Part shown: in pieces, positions 22,785 to 35,520 of the stretch
Numbering within the stretch: the first letter of the stretch is position 1
How the letters are laid out: the number at the start of each line of letters is the position of its first letter
From: Hemiscyllium ocellatum
Taxonomy: Eukaryota
Reading direction: 5' to 3'
DNA: 64,000 bases
Assembly: GCF_020745735.1 (NCBI RefSeq)
Contig: NW_026867531.1
Location: forward strand, 248,001 to 312,000
Notes under the pieces: model-generated
The model's database searches: none
What the model was told of the DNA's origin: nothing
Seen by the model: the letters and a program-made list of their open reading frames with translations, nothing else
Made by a program: the position numbers and the translations under genes

Positions 22785-24727
22785 TCTTGAGAGTTATAAG
22801 GTAGCTAGGAAGGATCTAAAGAGAGAGTTAAGAGCAGCGAGGAGGGGACATGAAAAGTCCTTGGTGGTAGGATTAGGGAAAACCCAAAGGCTTTCTATAG
22901 TTATGTCAGGAATAAAAGAATGACTAGGGTAGGAATAGGTCCAGTCAAGGATAGTAGTGGGAAGTTGCGTGAGGAGGCTGAAGAAATTGGGGAGACACTG
23001 AATGAATACTTTTCATCATATTCACTCAGGAACAGGACATTGTTGACGATGTGAATATTGAGTCACAATTAATTAGAATGGATGGCTTTGAGGTATGTAG
23101 GGAAGAGGTGTTGGAAATTCTGGAAAGGGTGAAAATAGATAAGTCCCCTGGGCCTGATGGCATTTATCCTAGGATTCTCTGGGAAGCAAGGGAGGAGATT
23201 GCAGAGCCATTGGCCTTGATTTTTATGTCCTCGTTGTCTACAGGAATAGTGCCAGAAGACTGGAGGATAGCAAATGTGGTTCCCTTGTTCAAGAAGGGGA
23301 GTAGGGATAACCCTGTAACTATAGGTCGATGAGTCTCACTTCTGTTGTGGGCAAAGTCTTAGAGAGAATTGTAAGGGATAGGATTTATGAACATCTGGAT
23401 AGGAATAATGTGATCAAGGATACTCAGCATGGTTTTGTGAAGGGCAGGTCGTGCCTCACAAACCTTATTGAATTCTTTGAGAAGGTGACTAAGGAGGTGG
23501 ACGAGGGTTAAAGCGGTAGATGTGGTGTATATGGATTTTAGTAAGGCGTTCGATAAGGTTCCCCATGGTAGGCTACTGCAAAAACTACGGAGGTATGGCA
23601 TTGAGGGGGAGTTGGAGGTTTGGATTAGGAATTGGCTGGCTGGAAGGAGACAGAGGGTAGTAGTTGATGGTAAAGGTTCATCTTGGAGTGCAGTTACCAG
23701 CGGTGTTCCACAACGATCTGTTTGGGACCATTGCTATTTGTCATTTTTATAAATGACCTGGAGGAGGGGCTAGAAGGTTGGGTGAGCCAGTTTGCGGATG
23801 ATACGAAAGTCGGTGGGTTGTTGACAGTGAGGATGTGGCAGGTTACAGCGGATGGAGATAGTTGCAGAGCTGGCAGAAGGTTGGGCAAATGGAGTTCAAT
23901 GTAGGTAAGTGTGAGTGACTGTGGTAGAGTAACAGAAGAATGGATGAGTTGGGTGAGCTAGATATATTGATGTGGTGACAAGAGTCATGACTTGTAAACG
24001 TAAACTCATGCTTCGTAAGATACTTGGTGTGGGCAGTAGATACATGTGGATGAGCAGAGGGATCTGTGTCCATGTACACGATCTCTGAAAGTTGCCACCC
24101 AGGTAAATAATGCTGTGAAGAAGGCATATGGGCGTACTGGCTTTTCTTGGTAGAGGAATTGAGTTCCGGAGTCCTGAGGTCTGTTGCAGTTGTTTAAGAC
24201 TCTGGTGCGGCCGTATCTCGAGTATTGTGTGCAGGTTTGGTCGCCATACTATCGGAAGGATGTGGAGGCACTGGAACGGGTGCAGGAGGAGTTTTACCAG
24301 GATGTTGCCTGGTATGGTCGGAAGATCATATGAGGAAAGGCTGAGGCACTTGGGGCTGTTTTCATTGGAGGAAAAGAAGGTTTAGGGGTGACTTGATAGA
24401 TGTATACAAGATGATTAGGGTTTTAGGTAGTGTTGATCATGAGAACCTTTTTCCACGTATGGAGTCAGCTATTGAGGGGGCACAGCTTTAAATTAAGGGG
24501 TGGTAGGTATAGGACAGATGTTAGGGGTAGATTCTTTGTTCAGTGAGTCATGAGTTCATGGAATGCCTGCCAGAAGCAGTGGTGGACTCTCTCTATATGG
24601 GCATTTAAACGGGCATTGGATAGGTATATGGCGGATAGTGGGCTAGTGTAGGTTAGGTGGGCTTGGATCGGCGCAACATCGAGGGCCAAAGGGCCTGTAC
24701 TGCGCTGTATTTTTCTATGTTCTATGT
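22785..24727 (+). mobile_element. 5'-truncated CR1 LINE (frameshifted RT) with (TTCTATG)n tail
   Basis: KSPGPDGIYPRILWE, QHGFVKGRSCLTNL, VYMDFSKAFDKVPH, GVPQ, FINDL..FADDTK; tail ttttctatgttctatgtt ~24711-24728. Confidence 0.92.
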
Positions 24728-24729
24728 TC

Positions 24730-25310
24730 ACTATCCTATCTACCTGTGACTCCACTTTCAAGGAGCTATGAACCTGCACTCCAAGGTTTCTTTGTTCAAC
24801 AATGCTCCCGAGGACCATACCATTAAGTGTATAAGACCTGCTCAGATTTGCGTTTCAAAATGCAGCACCACACATTTTTCTAAATTAAACTCCACCTGCC
24901 ACTCCTCAGCCCATTCGCCTATCAGATTAATGTCCCATTGTATTCTGAGGTCAGCTTTTTCACTGTCCACTACACCTCCAATTTTGGTGTCATGTGCAAA
25001 ATTACTAACGCCTCCTATGTTCACATCCCAATTCTTATATAAATGACGAGAAAGAGTGGACCCAGCACCAATCCTTGTGACACTCCACTGGTCACAGGCT
25101 GCAGTCTGAAAAGCACCTCCACCACCACCCTCTGCTTTCTACCTTTGAGTCAGTTCTGTATCCAAATGGCTAGTTCTCCTGTATTCATGAGATCTAACCT
25201 TGCTAACCGTCTCCCATGGGAATCTTGCCGAATGCCTTACTGAAGTCCATGTAAATCCTGTCCACCGCTCTGCCCTCATCAATCCTCTTTGTTACTTCTT
25301 CCAAAAATAT
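24730..25310 (-). mobile_element. CR1 RT fragment
   Basis: GVSNFAHDTKIGGVVDSE...WAEEWQVEFNLEKC. Confidence 0.8.
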
Positions 25311-25759
25311 TCTAGCAACAGAAAACAGAATGGCACAGCACCGAATAATTGGCCCACTATGTCTGTGCGGGTCATAATGTTATTCCAAACTAATTCCATC
25401 TGCCTGTATATGATCCATATCCCTGCCAACCCTTGCCTGCTTATGTGTCTGCCCAAATGCCTCTTGAATGTTGTGATTGTTTCTGTTTTCACCTTCTCCC
25501 AGGAGAGTATGTTGTAATCACTTACCACCTTCTGCACAAGAAACCTGCCTGACACAACTCCCTTTAAACTTGCACAGATGTTGTTGGAAATGCTCAGCAG
25601 GCCATGCAGCATCTGTCAAGAAAAATCAGCTAATGTTTCGGGTGTGGTCACTCTTTCTCAGAAACGTTAACTCGAACTTCTCTTCACAGATGCTACAGAT
25701 CTGCCAACCTTTTCCAGAAACTTCTTTTTTAATATAGTTTACAGCATCTGCAGTTGTTT

Positions 25760-27860
25760 CGGTTTTGGTATGCTTTCCTTTATTGGTCAGAGAGTTGAGC
25801 GTAGGGATCGGGAGGTCATATTGCAGTTGCTCAGGACATTGGTTAGGCAACTTTTGGAATGTTCCATGCAACTCTGGTCTCCTTCCTAACAAAACAATAT
25901 TCTCCAAACGAAAGGGGTCAGAAAATATTGTGAGGATGTTGCCAGGGTTGGAGGATTTGAGCTCCAGGAAGAGGCTGAATAGGCTGTTTTCCCTGGAGCA
26001 TCAGAGGCTGATGGGTGACCTTACAGAGATTTGTAAAATCAGGAGGGGTATGGATAGGGGAAATAGACAAGGTCTTTTCCTGTGGTGGGGAGTTCAGAAC
26101 TAGGGGACAAGGAGGGTGGGGGGGGAACAGGGGTGAGGGGGGAGATGGGAGTACAGTGGGAGGATGGACAGAGAGGCTGGATGGGGCAGACAGAGGGAGC
26201 AGGGGGACAGAGGGGGGCAGGTGGTCTGAGGAGGCAGACAGCGAGGGGGTCTATGTGGAACATGGTGGGGGGGAGCAGACAGGGGGCAACAGAGTGGGAG
26301 AGGCGGGATGGAGAGTTATTTTATAGATCTATACGTCAACCTGTTCCTGTTTTCTCCCCGTCCCTGAAATCCTCTGAAGGGCTCAGAACAACTGCATAGT
26401 TTCGGGGAGATCAGGTGTTGAACGTGGTATTTGGGACACTGACCTTTATTGGTCAGTGCACTGTTCAGTAAAGGGACTGGTTCGATTCCACTCACTGTGT
26501 GGTGTTTGCACACTCGCCCTGTGTGTATCTGCGTGGGCTTCCTCTGGGTGCTCTGGTTTCCTCCCACAATCCAAAGATGTGTGCGTTAGGTGGGTTAGCT
26601 GTGGGAAATGCATTGTTTCACGGAAACTGTTCAATGGTTGGTAAGGTCTCATGGGCTGAATGGCCTCTTTCAATGCTGTAGGGATTCTGTCACTGAGTAT
26701 AGGAGTTAGGAGGTCATGTTGAAGCTGTATAGGGCATTTGTGAGGCCAACCTTAGAATACTGCATTCAATTGTATTCTTCATGATTTCGGAAAGATGTTA
26801 CCGGGATAGGACTCAACCTCATAATGGCAAGTTCTGGGAAGTGTTGACAGACAAGTAGACCTTCGAGTGTGGATTGATAGTTCCTTGAAAGTATGGTTGA
26901 AGGTAGACAGGTCAGTGAAGGTGGTGTTTGGTATGCTAGCTGTTATTGAGCAGTGCACTGAGTATAGCAGTTGGGAGATCATGTTTTGGTTGTTCAGTTT
27001 ATTGGCTCAGCCAATTTTGGAATACCATCAAGTAAAGGAAAGCAGAATAACTGCCTTCTTCACTAACCTACCGAACTGCGACTCTACTTTCAATAAACTC
27101 CATCTGCCACACCTCAGCCCATTCACCCAACTGATCAAGATCCAGTTGTACTCTGAGGTGATCTTTTTCACTGCCCACTACACCTCCAATTTTGGTGTCA
27201 TGTACAAACTTAATAACTTATGTTCACATCCAAATCATTAATATCAATGAGGAAAAGTAGTGGATCCAGCACGATCCTTGTGGCACTGCACTGGTCACAG
27301 ACCTCCAGCCTGAAAACCACACATCATTAGGTTATAATCCAACAGGCTTATTTGGAAGTACAAGCTTTCGGAGTGTGCTGTGATTTTAGCTTTGTCAGGA
27401 TTATCTCGATGATAACAGTAAAGTGCTTCAACAATTCGAGGCCATATGTTCCCCATACAATAATTTCCCCGCTAGCAGTGTAAGCTGCTATTCCGGCCCT
27501 ATGGATAGCTACTCATCACTTTCTCCCCCAATCCCATCCATCCTTCTGTTGATCTTTTATGTTTTTCTAATCTCCTCGTTTCTCGCTGGTCTTTGCCAAT
27601 TTGTATACCTTTTATTTCCTTAGACACACATGGCAGATTTTTCTAAATTTCTTCTTTTTGACTTATATATACTTTTTTTGAACACTTTGAAAAATTGCTT
27701 TGATATTCCTCCACTGTCTGTCAACTGTCCCATCGGAAAGTCTTTGCTTCCAGTCTACATTCGCCAACTCCTCCCTCACCCTATTGTAGTCTCCTTTGTT
27801 TAAGCACAGGATCTTGGGACTGGATTTAATCTTCTCGCTTTCCATCTGTGTTCTAAATTC
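25760..27860. mobile_element. Mosaic of short CR1 fragments (both strands), purine-rich PLE-like piece ~26100-26330 and HE1 SINE 26477-26690
   Basis: Fragments match CR1 RT/3' motifs and the HE1 core cccacaatccaaagatgtg; boundaries approximate. Confidence 0.55.
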
Positions 27861-28450
27861 ATCCAGACTTATCACAAGTCTATTGTCACATAATGAGGTG
27901 AGGTGATGTTTTCTGGGCCTTTTGGTTTTCATTATCAGAGACCTTGGCTTTGTAAGAAAGTGTAGGATAGATATTCTCAACAAATTATTCTGGATGCTGT
28001 GAATGTACTACACAGACTAAAAGTATAAATTACTGTCTCCCCTGGTTTAAAATTGCAAAATCATTATCTCTAGAAGCTTCCTCATTCTCTAAGTTTGAAT
28101 TGCTAATCCACCTGACTATCCTGCTTTTAACAAAAATCTCCTTGGGTGAAAGTTGTGAGTTTTGGATTCAGCTTTCCAGTTATTACCGTGAGAAGATAAG
28201 GACTGGGCACAGGAGAGGCAATGCAGCCCTTCGAACCAGCTCCCCCATTTAATATGATGATTATTTAATATGGTAAAACCTCAGTCTCAGCTGGATTTTC
28301 CCGCCTGCTCTCTCTCACCTTCAACTAGTTGCAAATTACAAATCTGTATCTCTTCATTAAGTTTGCTCATTGTCCTGGCATCCACTGCATTTTGAATAGG
28401 GAATTCCACAGATTCACAACACATTGAGATAGATACATTCTTCTCCATGA

Positions 28451-28786
28451 GAATAGAATAGAACCCCTACAGTGCAGAGGGAGGGTATTTGTCCATAGAG
28501 TCCACACCAACGCTATGATGAGCATCCCATTCAGACACATCCACTCCTTGTAACTCTGCATTTCCCATGGCTAATGACCTAACCAGCACCTGCATGGAAA
28601 CTGGGCAATTTTGCATGGCCAACCCACCTAACCTGCATGTCTTTGGACTGTGGGAGGAAACTGGAGCACCCAGAGAAAATCCACGCAGACGCGGGGAGAA
28701 CGTGTGTACTTCACACAGTCGCCTAAGGCTGGAATCAACCTGGGTCCCTGATGCTGTGAGGCAGCAGTGCTAACCACTCAGCTACC
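28451..28786 (-). mobile_element. HE1-type SINE
   Basis: Reverse complement of gagtggttagcactgctgcctcacagcatcagggacccaggttgattcc...cccacagtccaaagacatgcaggttagg. Confidence 0.85.
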
Positions 28787-29003
28787 TCTGCTTAAAATCT
28801 GCTCCTCCTTATTAACCTCCCACCGCAATTGGCTGATTCTATATTCCTTACATCAGAAATTGGGTTGTCTAAGTGGATGTCTCAGCAAAACCCAGTGACA
28901 GCTCACATGTCCTGCGTGTCTGAATGGGGATCCAATACCCACACTCTCCACCCCACACTTTTCATTCACGTTCCAGAGACAGGGCTCCAGTGGCTTCCTG
29001 GGG

Positions 29004-29258
29004 ACTACAACTCCCACAATCCCAGAGGCAGGGACCACGCGTGTGTGGGGTAACCCGGCACTGTACATGTGCAGAATGTGGGCGGGTTTTGGAACATGTG
29101 CTTTGGGGTAACTAGCGGAAAGTATTTCACACTGTGATTGGCTGGAAGAGGGAACACATCTGCTTGTAGTATTGATCTGCCGGGGAGTTAAGGTGTCACC
29201 ACATCCACGTGGGACAAGTTCCATCCCCAATGCGTCATAATGCTGGGAATCGACCAAT
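29004..29258. promoter_or_regulatory. Candidate promoter: ZNF143/SBS motifs plus CCAAT boxes
   Basis: ACTACAACTCCCACAATCC at 29004-29022; second SBS core (minus ATTCCCAGCATT) 29239-29250; ATTGG 29137-29141; CCAAT 29254-29258. Confidence 0.5.
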
Positions 29259-30926
29259 GGGAAACAAAGAAGGCTCTGACCCATTCTCCCAGACTGAAGG
29301 TTCCTCTTCTGTCCAGGATCTGTCACCTTCTTTCTGTTTCTTTTTGTTTCATTCTGCGGTTACATTATTGACTTGCAGCAACTGAAGGGAAGGAAGTGAA
29401 CCCAGATAGGGTACAGAGTCTAACCAGGATGGGAAGTGGTGGTTATGGCTATGTTTATCAGCCATGAGAATGGGGAGGGTGTACAGCAGGGTCTGAATGG
29501 TGGGAGAGAGTATATGGGCTGGAGGGTTACAGCTTTGGGGAAGAAAGGGAAAAAGATATTCCAGAGAAACTAGAATTCTCTGTTCTGAATTTCTAATCTG
29601 TACATATTCCTTTATACAGGGTGCTGGATGGTGAAGATTCACAGACTGAAATCTCAAAATCATGTGCAGATCATGATTAATTTAACCAGCGTTGGACAAA
29701 CCAAAGACTGAGAGTTAATCGGCCAAAATCTGCAACACTCTCCCTCCCAGCATTGTCGGTCTATCTGCGCCAATGGACTGCGAATCGTTCAAGACAGCAG
29801 CTCACTACCATCTTCTCAAGGGTAACGAGAGATGGGGAATAAATGCTGCTGATCCAGTGATGCCCATATCCTGGAAATGGCTTCCATCTCTAGTTGCTGA
29901 AACCAGTTGATGTTCCTGCAGGATGATGATGAGGGATGCTGAGTGCATCCTCCAGGAGGCAGCACCATCACATTACCCTGTCTACACCCACACAGTAACA
30001 CAGCAACGTCACTGGAACAAAAGGCAGTGAAGCCAAAGGAGGACTTTGATGAATTTACCTCGAAGACCTATCTCTAAGGGGATTGGAACCCAGCAGGAAC
30101 AGGAGACTGAGCTGGATGGTCAGCTGTTTCCACTGATTGGTGGAGCAGGATTGAAAGGCCGAATAGCCTCCTGCTGCTATCTCCCAGGTATGTATATAGG
30201 CATGGAGCCCGGGTAGGAAGAAGTAGGCAGGGCAGGGATTCTCCAGGAGATTGCAGTTCCACATCAGTTTTCAGTGAGGGAAGGTTTTGAGGGATTTATT
30301 TAATATTTGTCTTTTATATTAAAAAAAAACAAATTTGCAAACCTTGTGTTCAAGTTTATTCCAGAAGAAATAAAAATAAAATAATCAAAACGATCTGAAT
30401 ATAACAGTTTTAAAATTTCAAACGCCCTATAAAACAAAATCCTGTCTATTCCCGACACCATCACTTCCCAGTTACTCAAACTCCAGGGAAATATTCCTTC
30501 CCTGTCTGAACCTTTGGTTTGATTTAACTGCTTTTCAGTTCCCGTTCTGTGAGCTGTGAAGTGTTCTTTCCCCCCCATTTCTCCGACCCAGAAGTGTTAT
30601 CACACACAGCTGAGCAACTTTCCCACCATCAAAATCATCATGACGCCATTTTGGTTTTTGTTAATATATATCACCAGCAGGAAACCAGCCGTGTAACCAA
30701 TTGAATATTTACAAAACAAAGCCCATTACGGGCAAAAACAAACCATTACAAGTGACAAAGTGAGAAGGGAGTAAATCAAGGTAGAGTTGGGGGGAGGGGG
30801 GCAGCGACAGAGATAAAGTACTGTACCCCCTGCAGTGCCCACCTCTATCTAAAGGCATCGAGAGCATTGATACACACCACATGCTCCTTCCAAGGACACC
30901 CTGCTGTGTAGCCTTTATCCTCAATC

Positions 30927-31119
30927 ATAGAATAGAATCCCGACAACGTGGAAGGAGAGCATTGGCCCATCAAATCCCACCGACCATTCCGAAGAACATC
31001 CCACCCTGAGCACACCATTCCTGTAACACAGCATTTCCCTGGGCTGTCACCTAGTCTGCACATTCCTGGACACTGGCAATTTAGCACGATGTTCACCTAA
31101 CCCGCACATCTTTGGGCTG
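30927..31119 (-). mobile_element. HE1-type SINE 3' part, cut by assembly gap
   Basis: Reverse complement cagcccaaagatgtgcgggttaggtgaac...gatgggccaatgctctcc...ggattctattctat. Confidence 0.7.
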
Positions 31120-31132
31120 NNNNNNNNNNNNN
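31120..31132. other. Assembly gap (13 N)
   Basis: Run of N; true gap size unknown. Confidence 1.
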
Positions 31133-32460
31133 TAATGGTTTGGCAGTGGAGAAGGCCCAGGACCTGCATGCCCTTGATGGAGTGGGAGAGGGAGTTGAAG
31201 TGTAAGCCACGGGACGATGAGGTTGGTGCATGCAGGTGTCCCAGAGACGTTCTCTGAAACGATCCGCAAGAAAGCATCCTGTCTCCTGTGTAGAGGAGAC
31301 CACACCGTGTGCAAGATGCAGTAGATGTTGCTGATAGATGGTATAGGTGAAATTTTTGACAGATGTGGAAGAATCCCTTGGGCCTTGGATGGAGGTGAGG
31401 GAGTGGTTGCGGCCATTAGGTTTTGCACTTCCTGTGGTTGGCAGGAAACAGTGCCAGGAGTGGGGTGTAGGCTGGTAGGGGACGTGGACTGACGAGGGAT
31501 TCACAGAAGGAAGGGTTTTTTGGAAAGCTGATAGGGGTGGGGTGGGGGGAAATATATTTCTGGTTGTGGGGTCCATTTGGAGGCCCATTAGTTCAGTGGG
31601 ACAAGCGCAGGTTGAGACAATGGGTCGACCAGGGCAGTCAGGTTTGAGTGTCTTAGGAAGGAGGTGGAATCAGGCAGTGCAGGGTTCATGGACAATGAGG
31701 TTTGGAGTCTGTGGATGGGTGATCCCCAGAGATGATGAGATTGTGGATGGTCCGGGGGGATAATGGCTTGGTGATGGAAAGTGAGATCGTGAGTAAGGGG
31801 GCGGTCGGAGGCGGAGTCTGCAAGCTGGTGCCTGGCTTCAGTAGTGTAGAGGTCAGTGCACCACACGACTACTACGAACCCCACCACCCCCCCGCCCGCA
31901 CGTTTGATGGTGAGGTTGGGGTTGGAGTGGAGGGAGTGGAGGACTGCATGTTGAGAGGGAAAGAGGTTGGAGTGAGTGAGCTGGTTGGACAAGTTGAGGC
32001 AGTCAATGTCATGGTAGCAGTTTGAAATGAAGAGGTCAAGCACAGGTAACAGGCCAGCATGGGGTGTCCATGGATGTGGTGTGTTGAAGGCGGGACAAAG
32101 GGGTCCCCCGTGGATGTGCAGGTGTCTCAGTTTTAAAAAAAGTCAATACAGAGGCAGAGGAAGAAACATTCAAGGTAGCAGCTTGTGTCAAACTCATTAA
32201 ACTGGGACCGTAGAGGGATAAAGGTGAGGCCTTTACTGAGGACGACACATTCGTCCCTACTGAGGGGAAGGTCTGGAGGAATGGTGAAGACACCGGAAGG
32301 ATGGGAGCTAGGACCCCAACTACCTCCCTCTCTATCTGTAGCAGCACCCTTACCCCACCCAGGTCCTGAAGAAGGGTTATACCTGAAACATTGACTTCTG
32401 CACCTCCCGAAGCTGCCTGGTTTGCTGTGTTCTTCCAGCCTCCTGTTTGTCTACTTCAGA
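31133..32460 (-). mobile_element. Decayed PLE (internally deleted) with plus-oriented pseudo-LTR/hammerhead at ~32300-32460
   Basis: Minus frames LNLSNQLTHSNL..LHSNPNLTIK, HLAHGVVSSTQETGCFLADRFRERL; gtc-ctgaaga-agggt-tat-acct-gaaac-att-gac at 32363-32395. Confidence 0.75.
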
Positions 32461-33028
32461 TTCCAACATCTACAGGGTTTGGTTTTATATAAAAGTCTCT
32501 CGCTAGTCACTGAAGCAGTATAAATTGTAATTGCACTGTGGAGTCTATGGAATTTTTGGAGATGTGGCTGAAGCCAAGGGAATTTCCTGAAAAATTGAAA
32601 ATTCTGTCAGGGTAATCTCTGTGCAACTGGAAACTTTAACTTTCAGAGGATTCTAACTTACTCAAGCTGAATAATTACACAACAAAAAGTTCCGAGTTGA
32701 AAAACGTACTCCAACTGTTTGGTAATCGCGAAATCCACTTTATCTCTGGGCTCCAGAGCAACATTCCCATCCCACTCCCCCATTCCAACTCACACCCCCC
32801 ACCCCATCCAGACTCCTCCACAACCCTCATCTGATCTGAACCCAACTCAACATCTTCCTCAGAGCCCACACTGACCCTGACCTTCTCTCCCTCACACCCC
32901 ACCGACTACACAATATTGTGCTGGTTGGAGTGGAAACCAGCCTCCCCCTTGCCCCCTCCTCAGGAGCTCACCCTGACATCTCACTGACTGGAGCAGACAC
33001 GTTTCCCTCGCGACCACACCCAGCCCGA

Positions 33029-33260
33029 TGACGTCACTCACCACGTTCCAGAACTTTCCGTTAAGCCGTTTAACCTTCCCGCTCTTGGCCAGAGCATGCG
33101 CAGTAGGTGGTGGCCTGGGAGGGAACATGCGCAGTAAATGCCTTCCCCCGCCTGACGTTCCTTGCCGAGAGCCGGCAGTGGCAGCGGTTGTTGAGCGGCG
33201 CTAGGTTTAGGATTAAGTCGGTCAGTTATCAGGAGAACTCTGGTAATAAGGGAGGTAATG
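33029..33260 (+). promoter_or_regulatory. Candidate CpG-rich promoter (CRE, two NRF1-like sites) with downstream donor candidates
   Basis: TGACGTCA 33029-33036; GCATGCGCA 33094-33102; CATGCGCA 33126-33133; locally high CpG in a CpG-poor window; gag|GTAATG at 33255. Confidence 0.5.
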
Positions 33261-33479
33261 GATTTAAAGAGTGGAGATCCCCGGGATTTGCTCGTTACCA
33301 TCCGAGTGTGTTAAAGGAAATTCCCTCATTATAATCATTGCAGAGTATTCTCGATCGGAAAATAACACCACTCCGAGGAAAACCAGGGACACACTGAGCA
33401 GTTAGTCTAAGTGTTGGAGTTTATCATCAGGGATGGGGTCACTGAATATCTTGTACATTTTTAAGTTAATCAATGAGCG

Positions 33480-35520
33480 TCATGACACGTAGGTCATGCC
33501 TGACAAACTTCTGAATTGTTTGACGAGATGACTGAGGTCGGACATGGCAATGTCAACAGAGGCAGTGCTCACATGGACTACCAGGAGGCATTTGATGAAT
33601 CCCACATAATAGTCTTAGTCAGAAACCTATGAAATTGAAGGCAAATTACTGACATGGATGGATAATGGATAGGAACTCAGATTTGGCAGGATGTGACCAG
33701 TGGTGTCCTGTTGGGATCTGTGTTTGGCTTCAGTTATTCACATTATTTATTGATTAATTGGACAATGACACAATGGCCATATATCCAAATTTGCTGATGA
33801 CACAATGTTAGGTATTCAAGGTTTGTGTAAAGATTTGTAGCTCAGGTGCCTGTTGCCATGGTTGTGGGTATGATCGCTGATCTGGGAAGTTGATTTGCAG
33901 TCATTTTTGTCTCCTATCTAGGTGACAGCTTCAATGCATATTAGATGGCATTATAGACATGTACATCAGCGTCTCTCAACCTTTCCCTATTCAAAGCCCC
34001 CTTCTTATCCTTGAAATCATGCAACGCCTCCCAAAAGTAAAGCTTGAATTCACATATAGTACTTTCATCAATCAGTTTCTTTCGATATCAAAAGGGAAGA
34101 TAATTTATCCTCAAGATTTGAGGCCATTTCATCGATGCACCTTCTCACGGAAGGTGCAAGAAGAATATGCTTGATAGTCATTGATAGTTCCTGATGTAGC
34201 ACAGTTGATAATATTTTGGCAATAGCTGGAAGCACCAACAATTCACCCACGGAATGAGGTTTACCACATTTTGCAATTAGCTTCGCTATGTTGTATGATG
34301 CCACAAGGCCATCCACATTTGTGGCTCCTATCTTTGAAAAAGCAATGGAAATCGTTGGTTGTTGATTGAATTTATTCTTAATGCTTGAAAATATGCCAAA
34401 TCTTCGTCCTTTTTGTCACTATTTCTTTTCCAAATGTTTAATAAGATAGGAAGGCTTCATGGCCTCATTGGAAAAACTTTGTTCACAGACAGAGCAAGCA
34501 CAGTGGTAATTGCTTATTAGATAGAGATTGAATAAAGCCATATCACAAATAGTCCATACTATACTGCATGCTATACTCCACTTTTTCTTACTCAATGAGG
34601 CCATTTTTACACTGTCGCTCGAATACCCAAATGGAATCATGGGTATTACCTTATCACAATTATTTTAAGACGCTCAGACAAGTGGCAAAATTTGATTGGC
34701 TAATTAGCTATAATGTGCATTCATTCTGCCACCCAAGCAGAATGCCATCTTAGAAGCGACACGAGTTAGGTGATATTGATCTCAGCAGTAGAATCAGTGC
34801 CAACTGTGAATGAGTTCAAATGGTTTGCTATTCACGGAAAAGACTATCAATAATAGCTCAGGAACCAGTCAGAGCGCACTCCTCCATGGGTGCAGGGAAA
34901 ATAACAGACTCGTGTTATGCGACTGTCCATCTGCACACAGCAATGTCCTTCAAGGACATGGCAGTCTTCCAAGTGATTGGTAAGCTCTCTACAAAGTCGT
35001 TCAGTGACCCCTTGCCGTCCCCTTTGACTTCAACGCCGACCGAAGGAAGGGAAATGCCCCTCAGGAGGCACTTCCGCCCCCGTTGAGAAACACTGGTGTA
35101 CATGATGGCATAAAATTACAAGGGGATATTCATAGACTAGGTGGACGGGCAAAACTGTGATAGAGAGAGTTCAGTGTGAGTGTGAGGTATCAATTTTGGA
35201 CTGACGGAGGATAGATCATGATGTTTTTCAAGATGGTATGAAGTTAAGTATAGTGGAAGTCCAAAGAGACTTTGGTTTTAGGTGAATAGATCTTTAAAAT
35301 GCCATGAATAGATGCAGAAAAAAATTATAATCAAACAAATGCCAGCTTTTATAACGAGAGGAAGACAGTACAAGGATGCAGAAGTTACGCTGTGAGTATT
35401 CAAAACTGTTCGAACCTTACCTGGAGTACTGAGAACAGATTTGGGCATCAGGTCTTAGGAAGGATACATTGGCTTGTAGTGAGTACAAAATATGTTTACA
35501 AGAATGAGACTTGTAGTTTA
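33480..35520 (+). mobile_element. Decayed CR1-superclade LINE RT fragment split by the hAT element
   Basis: 33480-33800 (CLTNF.., VTSGV.., SKFADDT) resumes at 35104 (w.mefsvs.cev..fg). Confidence 0.6.
33967..35095 (-). mobile_element. Internally deleted hAT (Charlie/Buster-type) DNA transposon
   Basis: TIRs cagcgtctctcaac (33967-33980) / gttgagaaacactg (35082-35095), 12/14 match; 8-bp TSD atgtacat (33959-33966) / gtgtacat (35096-35103); transposase remnants CSVCEQSFSNEAMKPSYLIKHL and ASYNIAKLIAKCGKPHSVGELLVLPA..SVRRCIDEMA. Confidence 0.9.
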
